A stretch of DNA of 56,797 bases from Candidatus Omnitrophota bacterium (lineage in GTDB: Bacteria; Omnitrophota; Gorgyraeia; Gygaellales; Profunditerraquicolaceae): NCBI GenBank assembly GCA_023229385.1, contig JALNZI010000008.1:1-56797 (forward strand), read 5' to 3'. Each line of letters begins with the position of its first letter. Positions within the stretch are counted from its first letter, which is position 1. The translations under genes were made by a program, and so were the position numbers. Shown here piece by piece: positions 33,613 through 43,515 of the stretch. A model generated the notes under the pieces. That model worked only from the letters and a program-made list of their open reading frames with translations. It had not been told where the DNA came from and made no database searches.

Positions 33613-35160
33613 ATGGAAGTAACATTGGTCAGAACAAAACGTAATAGGGTTAAACCTGTGGAATCGAAAGAATCACGGGCAAAACTTGTTCTGACCAATC
33701 CTTTAGCCATACAAAAAGAATTAAATAATCGTTCGTTATATGAGTTTTTGAAATGGGCTTGGCCTGAAATTAGCAATGCACCATTTGTTGAAAACTGGCA
33801 TTTACCTTATTTATGTAGTGAATTGGAGCAAGTAGCATACCAAGTAGGTGAACGCAGGAAAAAGGATCATGATTTATTGATTAACATTTCACCGGGTTCA
33901 ACAAAGACTATATTATGCTGTATTGTATTTCCTGCATGGTGTTGGACCAAATGGTATTGGATGCGGTTTATTACAGCTTCGTATTCAGCACAATTAGCAT
34001 TGGAAGCTGCTGATTATAGTAGGGATTTAATAAAATCCCAGATATTTAGGGAAATGTATCCTGAAATTGATATTAAACCTGATAAAGACACAAAATCAAA
34101 CTATAAGATTGTACGTAGGGTAGTTAGTCCTACTTCTGAATTTTATACAAGAGAATGGTTAGGCGGTAATAGGTTTACTACTTCGGTAGGTGGTACGGCA
34201 ACCGGTTTTCATGGTGATATATTAATATGGGATGATGCTTTAAACCCTGAACAAGCACTTTCAGACAAAGAAATAGAAACTGCAAACCATTGGGTTGACC
34301 ATACTTTAAGCACACGTAAAACTAATAAAGCTATTAGTGTAACCATAGGTATTATGCAGAGGTTACACCAAAACGATCCTTCAGGCCATTTATTAGCTAA
34401 AAAGAAAAAGAATTTACGGCATATATGTATGCCGGGCGAAATATTACATTTTAAAGAAGCTTTACAACCACCAGAATTAGCACAATATTATAAAGACGAT
34501 TTATTTGATGCAAATCGAATGAATTGGAATACATTGCACGAGCTTGAAACAGACTTAGGCCAATATGGTTATGCCGGGCAGATAGGGCAAATACCTTCAC
34601 CACCGGGTGGTGGGATGTTCAAGGTTGAACATTTTCAAATGACAAGTGAAATATTCCCAAAAGATTTTTATATACGTAGTGTACGTTATTGGGATAAAGC
34701 TGGTAGTGCAAATAAAGGGGCTTATACAGTTGGTGTAAAGATTTCACTATTAAAGAATAAATTATTTATTATTGATGACGTTAAACGTGGTCAATGGAGT
34801 TCTGAAAAACGTGAATCTATTATAAGGCAAACTGCTGAAGTTGATGGAAGAAAATGTTGGGTGGTTGTAGAACAGGAACCAGGTAGCGGCGGTAAAGAAT
34901 CTGCTGAAAATACTATTAAGAATTTAGCAGGATTTCTTGCTGAGGCTGATAAACCATCTGGTGATAAAGCTGAACGTGCTGATCCTTTAAGTGTACAGGT
35001 TAATAATGGTACAATATTAATGAGGATTGCTGATTGGAATAAGGAATTTAAGGATGAATTTGAATTGTTTCCAAATTCTGTATATAAGGATCAAGTAGAT
35101 GCTACTTCCGGTGGATTTAATTTTTTGGTTAAGAAAAAAATTGCAAGACGTTTAGTTTAA
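33613..35160 (+). CDS. terL: terminase large subunit
   Basis: ATPase Walker A-like INISPGSTKT and Walker B ILIWDDALNP. C-terminal RNaseH-like nuclease VVVEQEPGSGGKES...DQVDATSGG. Confidence 0.85.
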   Translation: MEVTLVRTKRNRVKPVESKESRAKLVLTNPLAIQKELNNRSLYEFLKWAWPEISNAPFVENWHLPYLCSELEQVAYQVGERRKKDHDLLINISPGSTKTILCCIVFPAWCWTKWYWMRFITASYSAQLALEAADYSRDLIKSQIFREMYPEIDIKPDKDTKSNYKIVRRVVSPTSEFYTREWLGGNRFTTSVGGTATGFHGDILIWDDALNPEQALSDKEIETANHWVDHTLSTRKTNKAISVTIGIMQRLHQNDPSGHLLAKKKKNLRHICMPGEILHFKEALQPPELAQYYKDDLFDANRMNWNTLHELETDLGQYGYAGQIGQIPSPPGGGMFKVEHFQMTSEIFPKDFYIRSVRYWDKAGSANKGAYTVGVKISLLKNKLFIIDDVKRGQWSSEKRESIIRQTAEVDGRKCWVVVEQEPGSGGKESAENTIKNLAGFLAEADKPSGDKAERADPLSVQVNNGTILMRIADWNKEFKDEFELFPNSVYKDQVDATSGGFNFLVKKKIARRLV

Positions 35161-35164
35161 TGTT

Positions 35165-36652
35165 ATGGAACATAAAAGAAAAATAAGACCTATTTCTACT
35201 AATAAAGAAAAATTTGTTATTGACAGTAACAAATATCCTTTATTTAGTGCTTTAAGTGAGTTAACCGCACGTCTGCAATTAGCTTCACAATTGGGAGTTG
35301 ATACATATAGCGGTGATAGGGATATTTATCAAGCATTAGGTTATCCTAAAACGCTTATATGGGAAAATTATTGGGCAAGATATAAAAGACATGATATAGC
35401 GAAGGCTATTATTGATCGTCCTGTTAAAGCTTCATGGAAAGGTAATATTGAAGTTATTGAAACTATTAAAAAAGAAGAAACACCATTTGAAAAAGCATGG
35501 GTTGAATTATTTAATAGGTTAAAATTAAAATCTATTTTTATACGTTCAGATAAATTAACTGGTATTGGCCGTTATTCTGTATTATTCTTAGGTTTAAATG
35601 ATACACAAAAAACTGAAGATTTAGCTGGACCTGTTAAAATAAAACAAGGATTAAAATTATTATATGTAAAACCTTTATCAGAAAATACAGCACAAATACA
35701 ATCATTTGATGAAAATCCAGCAAGTGAACGTTATGGTTTACCTTTAACATATAATATAGCCATTGCTGTTGGTGAATTTAAAAGTGCAACAGTCTTAGTA
35801 CATTATTCAAGGGTTATACATTTTGTTGAAGAAGTTGTTGAAGATGAAGTTTATGGTACGCCTCGTTTAGAAGCTGTATATAATCGTTTAATTGATTTGG
35901 AAAAACTTGTTGGTGGTGATGCTGAAATGTTTTGGCGTGGTGCAAGACCGGGTTATACTGGTGAAGTTAAGGATGATTATCAAATGACACCTGAGACACT
36001 TGCAGATTTAAAAACTCAAATAGATGAATTTGAAAATAATCTTAGGCGTGTATTAATAAATGAAGGAGTTAAATACAATGCTTTAACACAGCAAATTTCT
36101 GATCCTGCAAATCATGTTGACATACAAATTCAAATGGTTAGTGCTGTAACTGGTATTCCTAAAAGAATATTAAGTGGTTCAGAACGTGGTGAGTTAAGTT
36201 CAGCACAAGATAAATTGGAATGGATTTCTTATGTTGCTTCAAGACGTGAGGAACAGAATGAACCAATGATTTTAAGACCATTCATTGATAAATGTGTTGA
36301 AATTGGTTTATTACCAAAACCTAAAACAGCATATATTATTGTATGGGATAAATTATTTAGTTTATCAGATAAGGAAAAGGTTGAAATTGGTCGTTTACGT
36401 GCTGAGGCAATAAAATCTTATGGAACTTCATCTTCACAAGATTTATTTCCATTAGATTTATTCTGTAAATTATTTTTGAATTTTGATGATACACAAATTG
36501 CAGAAATAATGGATAGGCGTAAGGAAGGATTTGAAGATGAAGATGAGATGATAAAAGATACTGAAGATGGTACGGGTGGTATAGGTAGAACACCACAATT
36601 ATCACCTATACCAGTTTCACGTACTGTTGATTTAGATAAACGTGGGGGATAA
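35165..36652 (+). CDS. portal protein
   Basis: Position after the large terminase and a size of 495 aa. Portal-like core VHYSRVIHFVEE...GTPRLEAVYNRLIDLEKLVGGDAEMFWRGARPG. Confidence 0.75.
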   Translation: MEHKRKIRPISTNKEKFVIDSNKYPLFSALSELTARLQLASQLGVDTYSGDRDIYQALGYPKTLIWENYWARYKRHDIAKAIIDRPVKASWKGNIEVIETIKKEETPFEKAWVELFNRLKLKSIFIRSDKLTGIGRYSVLFLGLNDTQKTEDLAGPVKIKQGLKLLYVKPLSENTAQIQSFDENPASERYGLPLTYNIAIAVGEFKSATVLVHYSRVIHFVEEVVEDEVYGTPRLEAVYNRLIDLEKLVGGDAEMFWRGARPGYTGEVKDDYQMTPETLADLKTQIDEFENNLRRVLINEGVKYNALTQQISDPANHVDIQIQMVSAVTGIPKRILSGSERGELSSAQDKLEWISYVASRREEQNEPMILRPFIDKCVEIGLLPKPKTAYIIVWDKLFSLSDKEKVEIGRLRAEAIKSYGTSSSQDLFPLDLFCKLFLNFDDTQIAEIMDRRKEGFEDEDEMIKDTEDGTGGIGRTPQLSPIPVSRTVDLDKRGG

Positions 36653-36820
36653 ATAAAAAGGACAGGGTTGGTTTTTGTTGATTTGTTTTAGTTGGATTTA
36701 ATTGGCTTGTAAAATTGATGTTTTATTATTGGTTTATGCTGTTTGATGTTGAATTGTTGCTTTCTGTTTTTACAATCCTGTTCTTTTTTAATAAATTAAA
36801 AATAGTTAAAATATATAATA

Positions 36821-37219
36821 ATGAAAAGAATAATTGTAATTGTTATATTTTCATTTTTGTTTTTTAGTTGTTTTGCACAGAAACATGAATGGCGAAAACC
36901 TGATGTTTCCAGTCAAGAACATTTCTTAGCAGGAAATATGATTTCATTTACGACCGGATTACTATTAAATCAAGGTTTAAATTTTAAATATGGATCATAT
37001 ATCGGTATTTTGGCCGGAAGTACAGTTGGGTATTGCAAAGAGAAACATGATCCTATTTTTGACAATACTGATTTATTGCTTACAATTACCGGTAGTATTC
37101 TTGGTGGTTATTTGAGTAACAAAATAAATAAATACTATGGTTTAAGTGATCAGGAAAGAATTATAAACAAAATAAATCGGTTAAATAAACGTTCAGAAAG
37201 ACGGATGCAAAGAATATAA
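36821..37219 (+). CDS. secreted/membrane protein (lysis-cassette component, possible spanin/lipoprotein)
   Basis: Signal peptide MKRIIVIVIFSFLFFSCFAQ, followed by Gly-rich TM-like segments. Confidence 0.4.
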   Translation: MKRIIVIVIFSFLFFSCFAQKHEWRKPDVSSQEHFLAGNMISFTTGLLLNQGLNFKYGSYIGILAGSTVGYCKEKHDPIFDNTDLLLTITGSILGGYLSNKINKYYGLSDQERIINKINRLNKRSERRMQRI

Positions 37220-37242
37220 CACAAAACATAAAATCATATATT

Positions 37243-37614
37243 ATGGGATGCTTTATTTTAACATTATTTAATTTAACAGTAAGTGAAGTAATTACTACTT
37301 GTGGTTTTGTTACTGTTATAATTGGTGGAATAATTCAAGCCAATGTGCGTATGCGTGGAAATACCTTAAAAATTTCTGAAGTGGAGAAAACGACCAACCA
37401 GAAAATTGAAGCTCTTGGGAGAACTACTGATGCTAGAATTACATCATTGGAAAAAACGACAGATGCTAAAATAATAGCATTAGAAAATGGAAGAAAGCAA
37501 AATGCTGAAAACATTGAAACCATGCGAAAAGAAAATAGGGAGGATCATGATAAAATACTTTCTAAGTTGGATTCACTAATGGGATTTAACATATCATTAA
37601 AAGATAAAAAATAA
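37243..37614 (+). CDS. N-terminal TM plus coiled-coil protein (holin/XhlA-like lysis accessory)
   Basis: A TM segment FVTVIIGGIIQ followed by repeated EKTT.A.I..LE heptads. Confidence 0.4.
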   Translation: MGCFILTLFNLTVSEVITTCGFVTVIIGGIIQANVRMRGNTLKISEVEKTTNQKIEALGRTTDARITSLEKTTDAKIIALENGRKQNAENIETMRKENREDHDKILSKLDSLMGFNISLKDKK

Positions 37615-37615
37615 A

Positions 37616-38107
37616 ATGACAGAAAGATTTGAAATATTTTTTAATCGGCTTATGGGATATGAAGGTGGTTTGGGAAATGATCCTGATGATCATGGAGGTC
37701 AAACTAAATATGGGATAAGCCATAAATCATATCCATATCTTGATATTGCAAAACTTAATTTAGAAAGAGCAAAGGAAATTTATTGGAATGATTATTATAA
37801 ACCTTTGAAAATTGATAATTTTATAAATGACAGAATTGCTTGGCAGTTATTTGATTTTGGTGTTAATGCGGGAATAGGTACATCAGCAAAAATGTTGCAA
37901 AAGATTCTTAAAACAACTCAGGATGGTATTATTGGAAAAATAACTTTGGAAAAAGTAAATTTATGGAATGGTAAATACCCTCTATATATTCATTTTATTT
38001 CGGAGAGAATTAAGTTTTATTATAAAATAACAGACAATGATCCTACTCAAATGAAATTTTTTAAAGGTTGGATGTTTAGGATTATTGAAATACCTTGGGA
38101 TTTATGA
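37616..38107 (+). CDS. endolysin, glycoside hydrolase family 108 (lysozyme-like)
   Basis: YEGGLGNDPDDHGGQTKYGIS matches the GH108 signature EGGxxNDPxDxGGxTKxGI. Confidence 0.8.
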   Translation: MTERFEIFFNRLMGYEGGLGNDPDDHGGQTKYGISHKSYPYLDIAKLNLERAKEIYWNDYYKPLKIDNFINDRIAWQLFDFGVNAGIGTSAKMLQKILKTTQDGIIGKITLEKVNLWNGKYPLYIHFISERIKFYYKITDNDPTQMKFFKGWMFRIIEIPWDL

Positions 38108-38409
38108 GTAAAGATGAATTAAAATCAGGAATTGTTTTTGCGGTAAATAAAACACAGGAAGCAGTGTCAAGTGCCGTGAACGTAGCAAGGGTTGTACCAA
38201 AACGATTAACGGCTGGTGTTGCAATAGGATTGTTTGAATTATTTATACAACTCTTTCCTAATGCTATGTCAGAACATTGGCAGACAATATCATATCAGGC
38301 AATTGGAATTGTTGGAGCTACGGGAATAGTTGATTGGGCATGGAGAAAAAGAAAAGAAGCGTTTTTATATATTAAAAATTTATTAACAAAAAAGAAAAAG
38401 GAGAATTAA
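38095..38409 (+). CDS. holin-like membrane protein
   Basis: TM segments GIVFAVN...VNVARVV and LTAGVAIGLFELFIQLF, with a charged C-terminus KRKEA...KKKKEN. Confidence 0.4.
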   Translation: MGFMSKDELKSGIVFAVNKTQEAVSSAVNVARVVPKRLTAGVAIGLFELFIQLFPNAMSEHWQTISYQAIGIVGATGIVDWAWRKRKEAFLYIKNLLTKKKKEN

Positions 38410-38411
38410 TC

Positions 38412-38747
38412 ATGTTAGAAAATTTAAAAAAAGCATTAGGTAAAGTTTTGGTAACTGTTGAACAGGTAGCTAAAGCTGAAGAAGATGGAAAAATCGTTCT
38501 TAAAGAATGGATTCAGATTGGAGTAACTGCATTGGGTTGGGTTTGGATTTTTAAAAATCTGAAAGCAATTAAAGCAGATATTGAATCTGGTGCGACACAA
38601 GAAGATTGGGATGCTTTAAACGAAGCCTTAAAAGCAGAGTTTAATATTCCACAAGCTAATCTTGAAGAAACAATTGAACAGGCATTAGGAATTATTACAT
38701 TAATTCTTTCACTTGTTGGGAAAAATGTAAAAGTCAATGTTACCTAA
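38412..38747 (+). CDS. membrane protein (lysis cassette)
   Basis: TM segments WIQIGVTALGWVWIF and ALGIITLILSLVG. Confidence 0.35.
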   Translation: MLENLKKALGKVLVTVEQVAKAEEDGKIVLKEWIQIGVTALGWVWIFKNLKAIKADIESGATQEDWDALNEALKAEFNIPQANLEETIEQALGIITLILSLVGKNVKVNVT

Positions 38748-38866
38748 AAATGGGGTTGAGATTGATTCTGGTTTAATTCCGGGTGGACAAAAAGGAATAA
38801 GATTTTACGGTTTGAAAATTAAAATATCTATTCAGAAATTATTGAATTTGTTTAAGAAGAAAAAGA

Positions 38867-39781
38867 ATGTGTAAAGTCTGTAAACATAGTGTTAATGAAT
38901 TATCTGTTAATGTTAATAGGTATGATCCTACAAAGACAATTACTTTAAGGAATAATTTTGTTCATGAAAGTAATCGTAGGTTCAAATCTATTACGGCACT
39001 TGTTTATAAAATGATTGTAAATAAAGATGTTTTTGGATTAAAACCGAATATTCATACTTTACAGGAATTCGTAGAGTTACCAGAAAAAGCATTTGAATTT
39101 GAAATTGATGCCAAAAAGATTGAAGGGTTTATACAATGGTTAGAAGAACAGGTAAGAAAAGGTTTACTTGATAATTGGCCAAACAAGTATATTACCGATG
39201 CTTACAAAAGAGGAATTTTACGTGCTTTGGAAGAAATGCAAAAAGCAAAATATAAAGTTCCTTTATTAGCTGAAATAGGTGGTGAAGATGTAATATTAAC
39301 ACTTTCACCACATATAAATACTTTAGAGTTATTATATTTGCGAACATATAGTGAGTTAACTGGTATAACTTCACAAATGGAACAGCAAATTGCAAGAATA
39401 TTAGCACAAGGATTTGTTGAAAGTGATGGTTATAAAGAATTAGCAAATAAACTTGTCGCTGCTATAAATGGTAAGGGGATGGGTGAATTAGGTCTTACGG
39501 ATACGATTGGTAGATTTATTCCAGCACAACGCAGAGCTGAAATATTGGCCCGTACAGAAATAGTTCGTGCCCATCACCTTGCTATGGTACAAGAATTTAG
39601 ACGTTGGGGTGTAAAAGGTGTTTACATAATGGCTGAATGGAAAACTGCTGGTGATTTACAAGTATGTCCTATTTGTGCAAGCAATGAAGGACAAGTGTAT
39701 ACTTTAGATGAAGTTGAAGGTATGCTGCCCGCCCATCCAAATTGTCGTTGTTGTATAGTTCCCGTAATATTTAAACAATAA
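38867..39781 (+). CDS. head morphogenesis protein (Mu F / SPP1 gp7 family)
   Basis: RAEILARTEIVRAHHLA...CPICASNEGQVYTLDEVEGMLPAHPNCRCCIVP is the C-terminal Mu-F signature. Confidence 0.85.
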   Translation: MCKVCKHSVNELSVNVNRYDPTKTITLRNNFVHESNRRFKSITALVYKMIVNKDVFGLKPNIHTLQEFVELPEKAFEFEIDAKKIEGFIQWLEEQVRKGLLDNWPNKYITDAYKRGILRALEEMQKAKYKVPLLAEIGGEDVILTLSPHINTLELLYLRTYSELTGITSQMEQQIARILAQGFVESDGYKELANKLVAAINGKGMGELGLTDTIGRFIPAQRRAEILARTEIVRAHHLAMVQEFRRWGVKGVYIMAEWKTAGDLQVCPICASNEGQVYTLDEVEGMLPAHPNCRCCIVPVIFKQ

Positions 39782-39793
39782 GGAGATTTAATT

Positions 39794-41422
39794 ATGCCTT
39801 GGAAAATTTCGGATGTGGATTCACATAAAAAAGGATTAACATCAGAACAGAAAAAGAAATGGGTTGCAACAGCAAATGGTGTATTAGCTGATTGTAAAAG
39901 TAAAGGTGAAGATGATTGTGAAGGAAAGGCTATAAGAATAGCTAATGGCACAGTTAAAGTTAATATGGAAATAAGTGTAAATTTTACACAATCTGCATAC
40001 ATACCAAAAATAAGAGAATATTCAGGCAAACAATATTATGTGGTTCCAGTAGTTATGATGGTTGAAGGTGTGCATAATGGAAGTGCTGGACCAATATATC
40101 ACTCAATTGAAGTTTTGTCTGAATGTGTTGCTGATTGGGAATTTAAGCCCGTAACAATACATCATCCAACTAATGATGATGGTGAATTTATTTCAGTACA
40201 AGAAGAAGGTATTTTAGAAAATTGGAGTGTTGGCTTTGTTTCTAATGCACAAATTGAAGATAATAAATTAAAAGCATTAGCTTATTTAGATATACAAAAA
40301 TTATCTGTATTGTCGGATGAAACATTATCTAATATACAGAATGGTAAGATAATGGAAGTTAGTGTTGGTATTTTTACAGATAATGATGAAATTGAAGGTG
40401 AATGGAATGGTGAACATTATACAGCCATAGCTAAAAAGCATAGGCCGGATCATCTCGCTCTTTTGCCCGGAGAGACTGGTGCGTGTTCTGTGAAAGATGG
40501 TTGTGGTGTACGTGTTAATCAACAAATAAGTAATAATAATGAAAAAAAGAAAGGAGAAAAAAATGAAATGAAATTAGAAATAAATAAGGATTTTGTGTAT
40601 GATTTAGCAGAAAAAGGATTAACATTAGTTCCTATTTCTGTAAATTTGATTACAAATAAAGATGGTTTGTTATCAATTTTGAATAAAGTATATGAAGTAT
40701 TACGTGGTATGGGTGATGATCATACATATTATTTTCTTGAGGAAATATTTGATGATGCACTTATTTATGGCAAAAGTACTGAAGGTAATTCAAATTTGTA
40801 TAAACAAACTTATCAAGTAAATGCTGATGGTTCTATTGAATTAACTGGCACACCGGTTAAAGTAAATAGAAAAGTTGAATATGAAATACAAGTGAGTACT
40901 AATTCTAAAAATAAAAAGGATATGTGTGATAAATGCCCTGATAAGGCAAAAGCATTAGTTAATAATGAACGTACAAATTTTGATGATAGTGATCTTTCAT
41001 GGTTGTCAGAATTGACTGAGGATAAGTTGGATAAACTTTTTCCAAAGTTGGCGGTGAATACTAAAACGACACCTACAATTGAAGAAGCTTGGAATATTGT
41101 AAAGACGGGGTACAAAAACCTAGAAGACTATACCAAAATGTTGCCGGATGATATTCGGGGACAGATTGAAACAGGTTTACAGGTTTTTCAAAAGGTAAGG
41201 ACAGATATAATTAAATCTATTGTGGATAATACAGAAGAAGGTGTATGGAAGAATGAAGATTTGGAGAAAATGCCTTTAGATGTATTGCAAAAAATTGAAA
41301 AATCAGTTGTAAAAAAGAATAATACAGTTGCTGATTATTCTGTTATGGGAACTCATGGTAGTCATGAAAAAGAAGGTAAAATAGAACCCATGCCCTTACC
41401 GGGAGTTAAATTTGAAAATTAA
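39794..41422 (+). CDS. putative scaffolding/prohead core protein (DUF2213-like N-domain plus acidic coiled C-half)
   Basis: Position between the Mu-F and capsid genes. DUF2213-like end block RPDHLALLPGETGACSVKDG. Strong SD (taaggagatttaattATG). Confidence 0.4.
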   Translation: MPWKISDVDSHKKGLTSEQKKKWVATANGVLADCKSKGEDDCEGKAIRIANGTVKVNMEISVNFTQSAYIPKIREYSGKQYYVVPVVMMVEGVHNGSAGPIYHSIEVLSECVADWEFKPVTIHHPTNDDGEFISVQEEGILENWSVGFVSNAQIEDNKLKALAYLDIQKLSVLSDETLSNIQNGKIMEVSVGIFTDNDEIEGEWNGEHYTAIAKKHRPDHLALLPGETGACSVKDGCGVRVNQQISNNNEKKKGEKNEMKLEINKDFVYDLAEKGLTLVPISVNLITNKDGLLSILNKVYEVLRGMGDDHTYYFLEEIFDDALIYGKSTEGNSNLYKQTYQVNADGSIELTGTPVKVNRKVEYEIQVSTNSKNKKDMCDKCPDKAKALVNNERTNFDDSDLSWLSELTEDKLDKLFPKLAVNTKTTPTIEEAWNIVKTGYKNLEDYTKMLPDDIRGQIETGLQVFQKVRTDIIKSIVDNTEEGVWKNEDLEKMPLDVLQKIEKSVVKKNNTVADYSVMGTHGSHEKEGKIEPMPLPGVKFEN

Positions 41423-41445
41423 TAATTTATAAAGGAGGTTAAGAA

Positions 41446-41901
41446 ATGGCGAAACACACCATTAAAATTAAAAAGTATTCTGATGTTATTGAAGAATACG
41501 TGAATGGTACAGTATTACCGGTTACGCCTGGAATGCTGATTGAGATAACAAGTGATAATGTAGTACAACCACATTCTACTGAGGATGGTGCAGCTTTGAT
41601 TATGTTTGCTTTGGAAGATGAACTTCAAGGTAAAGGTATTGATGATGCTTATGCCGTAAGTACAGCAAGTCCAATTGTGAAAGTACCAGTTCAATGTTGG
41701 CTACCCGGTCATGGTGATATGGCTTATGCTTTGTTAGCAGACGGTGAAACTGCTGTAATAGGTAGTTGGTTAGCCAGTAATGGCGATGGGAAACTGAAAG
41801 TCAGTACTACGAATCCAATTGGTCAGGCTGTTGAAGCTGTTGATATGAGTGGTTCATCAGGTGCTGATCCTAGTGGTCGTATTATTGTACGTATTAATTA
41901 A
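41446..41901 (+). CDS. small head protein (decoration/auxiliary capsid protein)
   Basis: 151-aa Gly/Ala-rich protein immediately before the major capsid gene, with a strong SD (aaaggaggttaagaaATG). Confidence 0.35.
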   Translation: MAKHTIKIKKYSDVIEEYVNGTVLPVTPGMLIEITSDNVVQPHSTEDGAALIMFALEDELQGKGIDDAYAVSTASPIVKVPVQCWLPGHGDMAYALLADGETAVIGSWLASNGDGKLKVSTTNPIGQAVEAVDMSGSSGADPSGRIIVRIN

Positions 41902-41916
41902 AAGGAGGGGAAAATT

Positions 41917-43002
41917 ATGTTAGATGTTAATGTTGATTTGATGGGTAATGGTGGCGGACAAGGTGAAATTGCCGCTTATATGCAACAGAATAACAGATTA
42001 GACCCTGCTGTATTGCGCCCGTATAGGGGAACTGACGGAAAAGCTTATATTTCAGTTTTTAAAGGAGGTGATCCTAAAAAACCTGAAAATTATTCTGTTA
42101 TTAATGTAAATGAAGCTACACTTCGTCCGTATGAGTGGAGACAATTAGATGAAGCTGTTATTACTATTGCTGAAAATAGGTTAGTTGGAGTAAATGATCT
42201 TATTTCCAATGGACTAACTTATAATTTGGGCAATGCTATGGGTACGACCGTACTTGAAACACATACTATATCAGATGCAATGGAAGCTGATCTTACTATG
42301 GATGCTGTTTCAAGGGCTAAAGGTGATCGTCCTGTTTTTGGAACTAAGTACACTCCAATTCCAATAATTCATGTGGATTATGAAATTAATGCAAGGGTAC
42401 TTGCTTCAAGTCGTTCACTTGGCAATCCTTTGGATACTTCATCTGCTGAACGTGCTGCACGTAAAGTAGCAGAAAAATTGGAAGATATGTTGTTTACTAA
42501 CACTACTTATGGATTTGGTGGTGGAACTATTTATAGTTACATTAACTATCCTGATAGAAGTTTAATATCACTTACTACTTATGGTAATTGGGCTACTAGT
42601 ACTACTACCGGAGCAAAAATCATTGAAAGTGTACTTGCAATGAAACAAGCTTCTATTGATGATAATTATTTTGGTCCTTGGAAGTTGTATGTACCAACGA
42701 ATTTTGAAACTCGTTTGGATAATGATTATGATACGGTAACTCCGGGTACGACTATACGTGAAAGAATATTAAAAATTGGTGGTATTCAATCGGTTACTGT
42801 GGCTGATCATCTTCCTGCTTCAAATGTTTTGTTAGTACAAATGACTAGTAATGTTGTAAGATTAATTCGTGGAATTGGTCTTACAAATGTTGAATGGCAA
42901 ACTGAAGGAAAATTCGTTAATAAATACAAAGTATTAACTATACAAGTTCCTCAAATTCGTTCTGATTATAACGAAAAAACTGGAATTGTACACATGAGTT
43001 AA
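41917..43002 (+). CDS. major capsid protein
   Basis: Size (361 aa), position, the strongest SD in the window (aaaggaggggaaaattATG), and a terminator-like hairpin plus T8 immediately downstream. Confidence 0.6.
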   Translation: MLDVNVDLMGNGGGQGEIAAYMQQNNRLDPAVLRPYRGTDGKAYISVFKGGDPKKPENYSVINVNEATLRPYEWRQLDEAVITIAENRLVGVNDLISNGLTYNLGNAMGTTVLETHTISDAMEADLTMDAVSRAKGDRPVFGTKYTPIPIIHVDYEINARVLASSRSLGNPLDTSSAERAARKVAEKLEDMLFTNTTYGFGGGTIYSYINYPDRSLISLTTYGNWATSTTTGAKIIESVLAMKQASIDDNYFGPWKLYVPTNFETRLDNDYDTVTPGTTIRERILKIGGIQSVTVADHLPASNVLLVQMTSNVVRLIRGIGLTNVEWQTEGKFVNKYKVLTIQVPQIRSDYNEKTGIVHMS

Positions 43003-43009
43003 ATTTAAT

Positions 43010-43032
43010 TCACTAATCAAGTGATTTTTTTT
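43010..43032 (+). terminator. putative terminator/attenuator after the major capsid gene
   Basis: TCACT-aatca-AGTGA hairpin followed by TTTTTTTT. Confidence 0.4.
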
Positions 43033-43059
43033 ATTATATTTGTTTAAAAAGTCTTAATC

Positions 43060-43515
43060 ATGGTAGAACGTAAAAGAATTAGAAACGATGTAACAATTAA
43101 AATGCCTATTGTTGAAGAACAAATAGTTACGGATGAAGAAAAAGAAAAAATTGCTATTGAAGAAAAAGCATTTAATGAAGAAGTAACAACAGTAAAGTCA
43201 GAACTAATTGAACGTAAACCGATACGATGGAAAAAAGTAGGTGGTGGAAGTTTTTCTTTAAATAATCGGTTTATTAAACCGGGACAAATATTTTTAGCAT
43301 TTCCAGAAGAAATACCTGTTCAATTTCGTGATCTTGTTATTCCTTTAGAAGAAAAACCTTTACCTTTAAATATTGAAGAAATTAAAAAGAAATCATCTTA
43401 TAAGTTAGAGGAAAAATCTGATGGATGGGATATTTTAGATTCTTTTGGTAAGGTTTTAAATGAAAAACCAATGGAGAAAGAAGTTGCTGAACGTATTTTA
43501 GTTATGTTACAATGA
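43060..43515 (+). CDS. charged 151-aa protein carrying a roughly 50-aa module also present inside the 1084-aa glycosyltransferase fusion
   Basis: RKPIRWKKVGGGSFSLNNRFIKPGQIFLAFPEEIPVQFRDLVIPLEE here, versus IRKPIRWKKMGNGSFLFNNCYIKKNQVFTAFSEDIPKQFRDVIIPLEE at about 47815-47960. Confidence 0.5.
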   Translation: MVERKRIRNDVTIKMPIVEEQIVTDEEKEKIAIEEKAFNEEVTTVKSELIERKPIRWKKVGGGSFSLNNRFIKPGQIFLAFPEEIPVQFRDLVIPLEEKPLPLNIEEIKKKSSYKLEEKSDGWDILDSFGKVLNEKPMEKEVAERILVMLQ

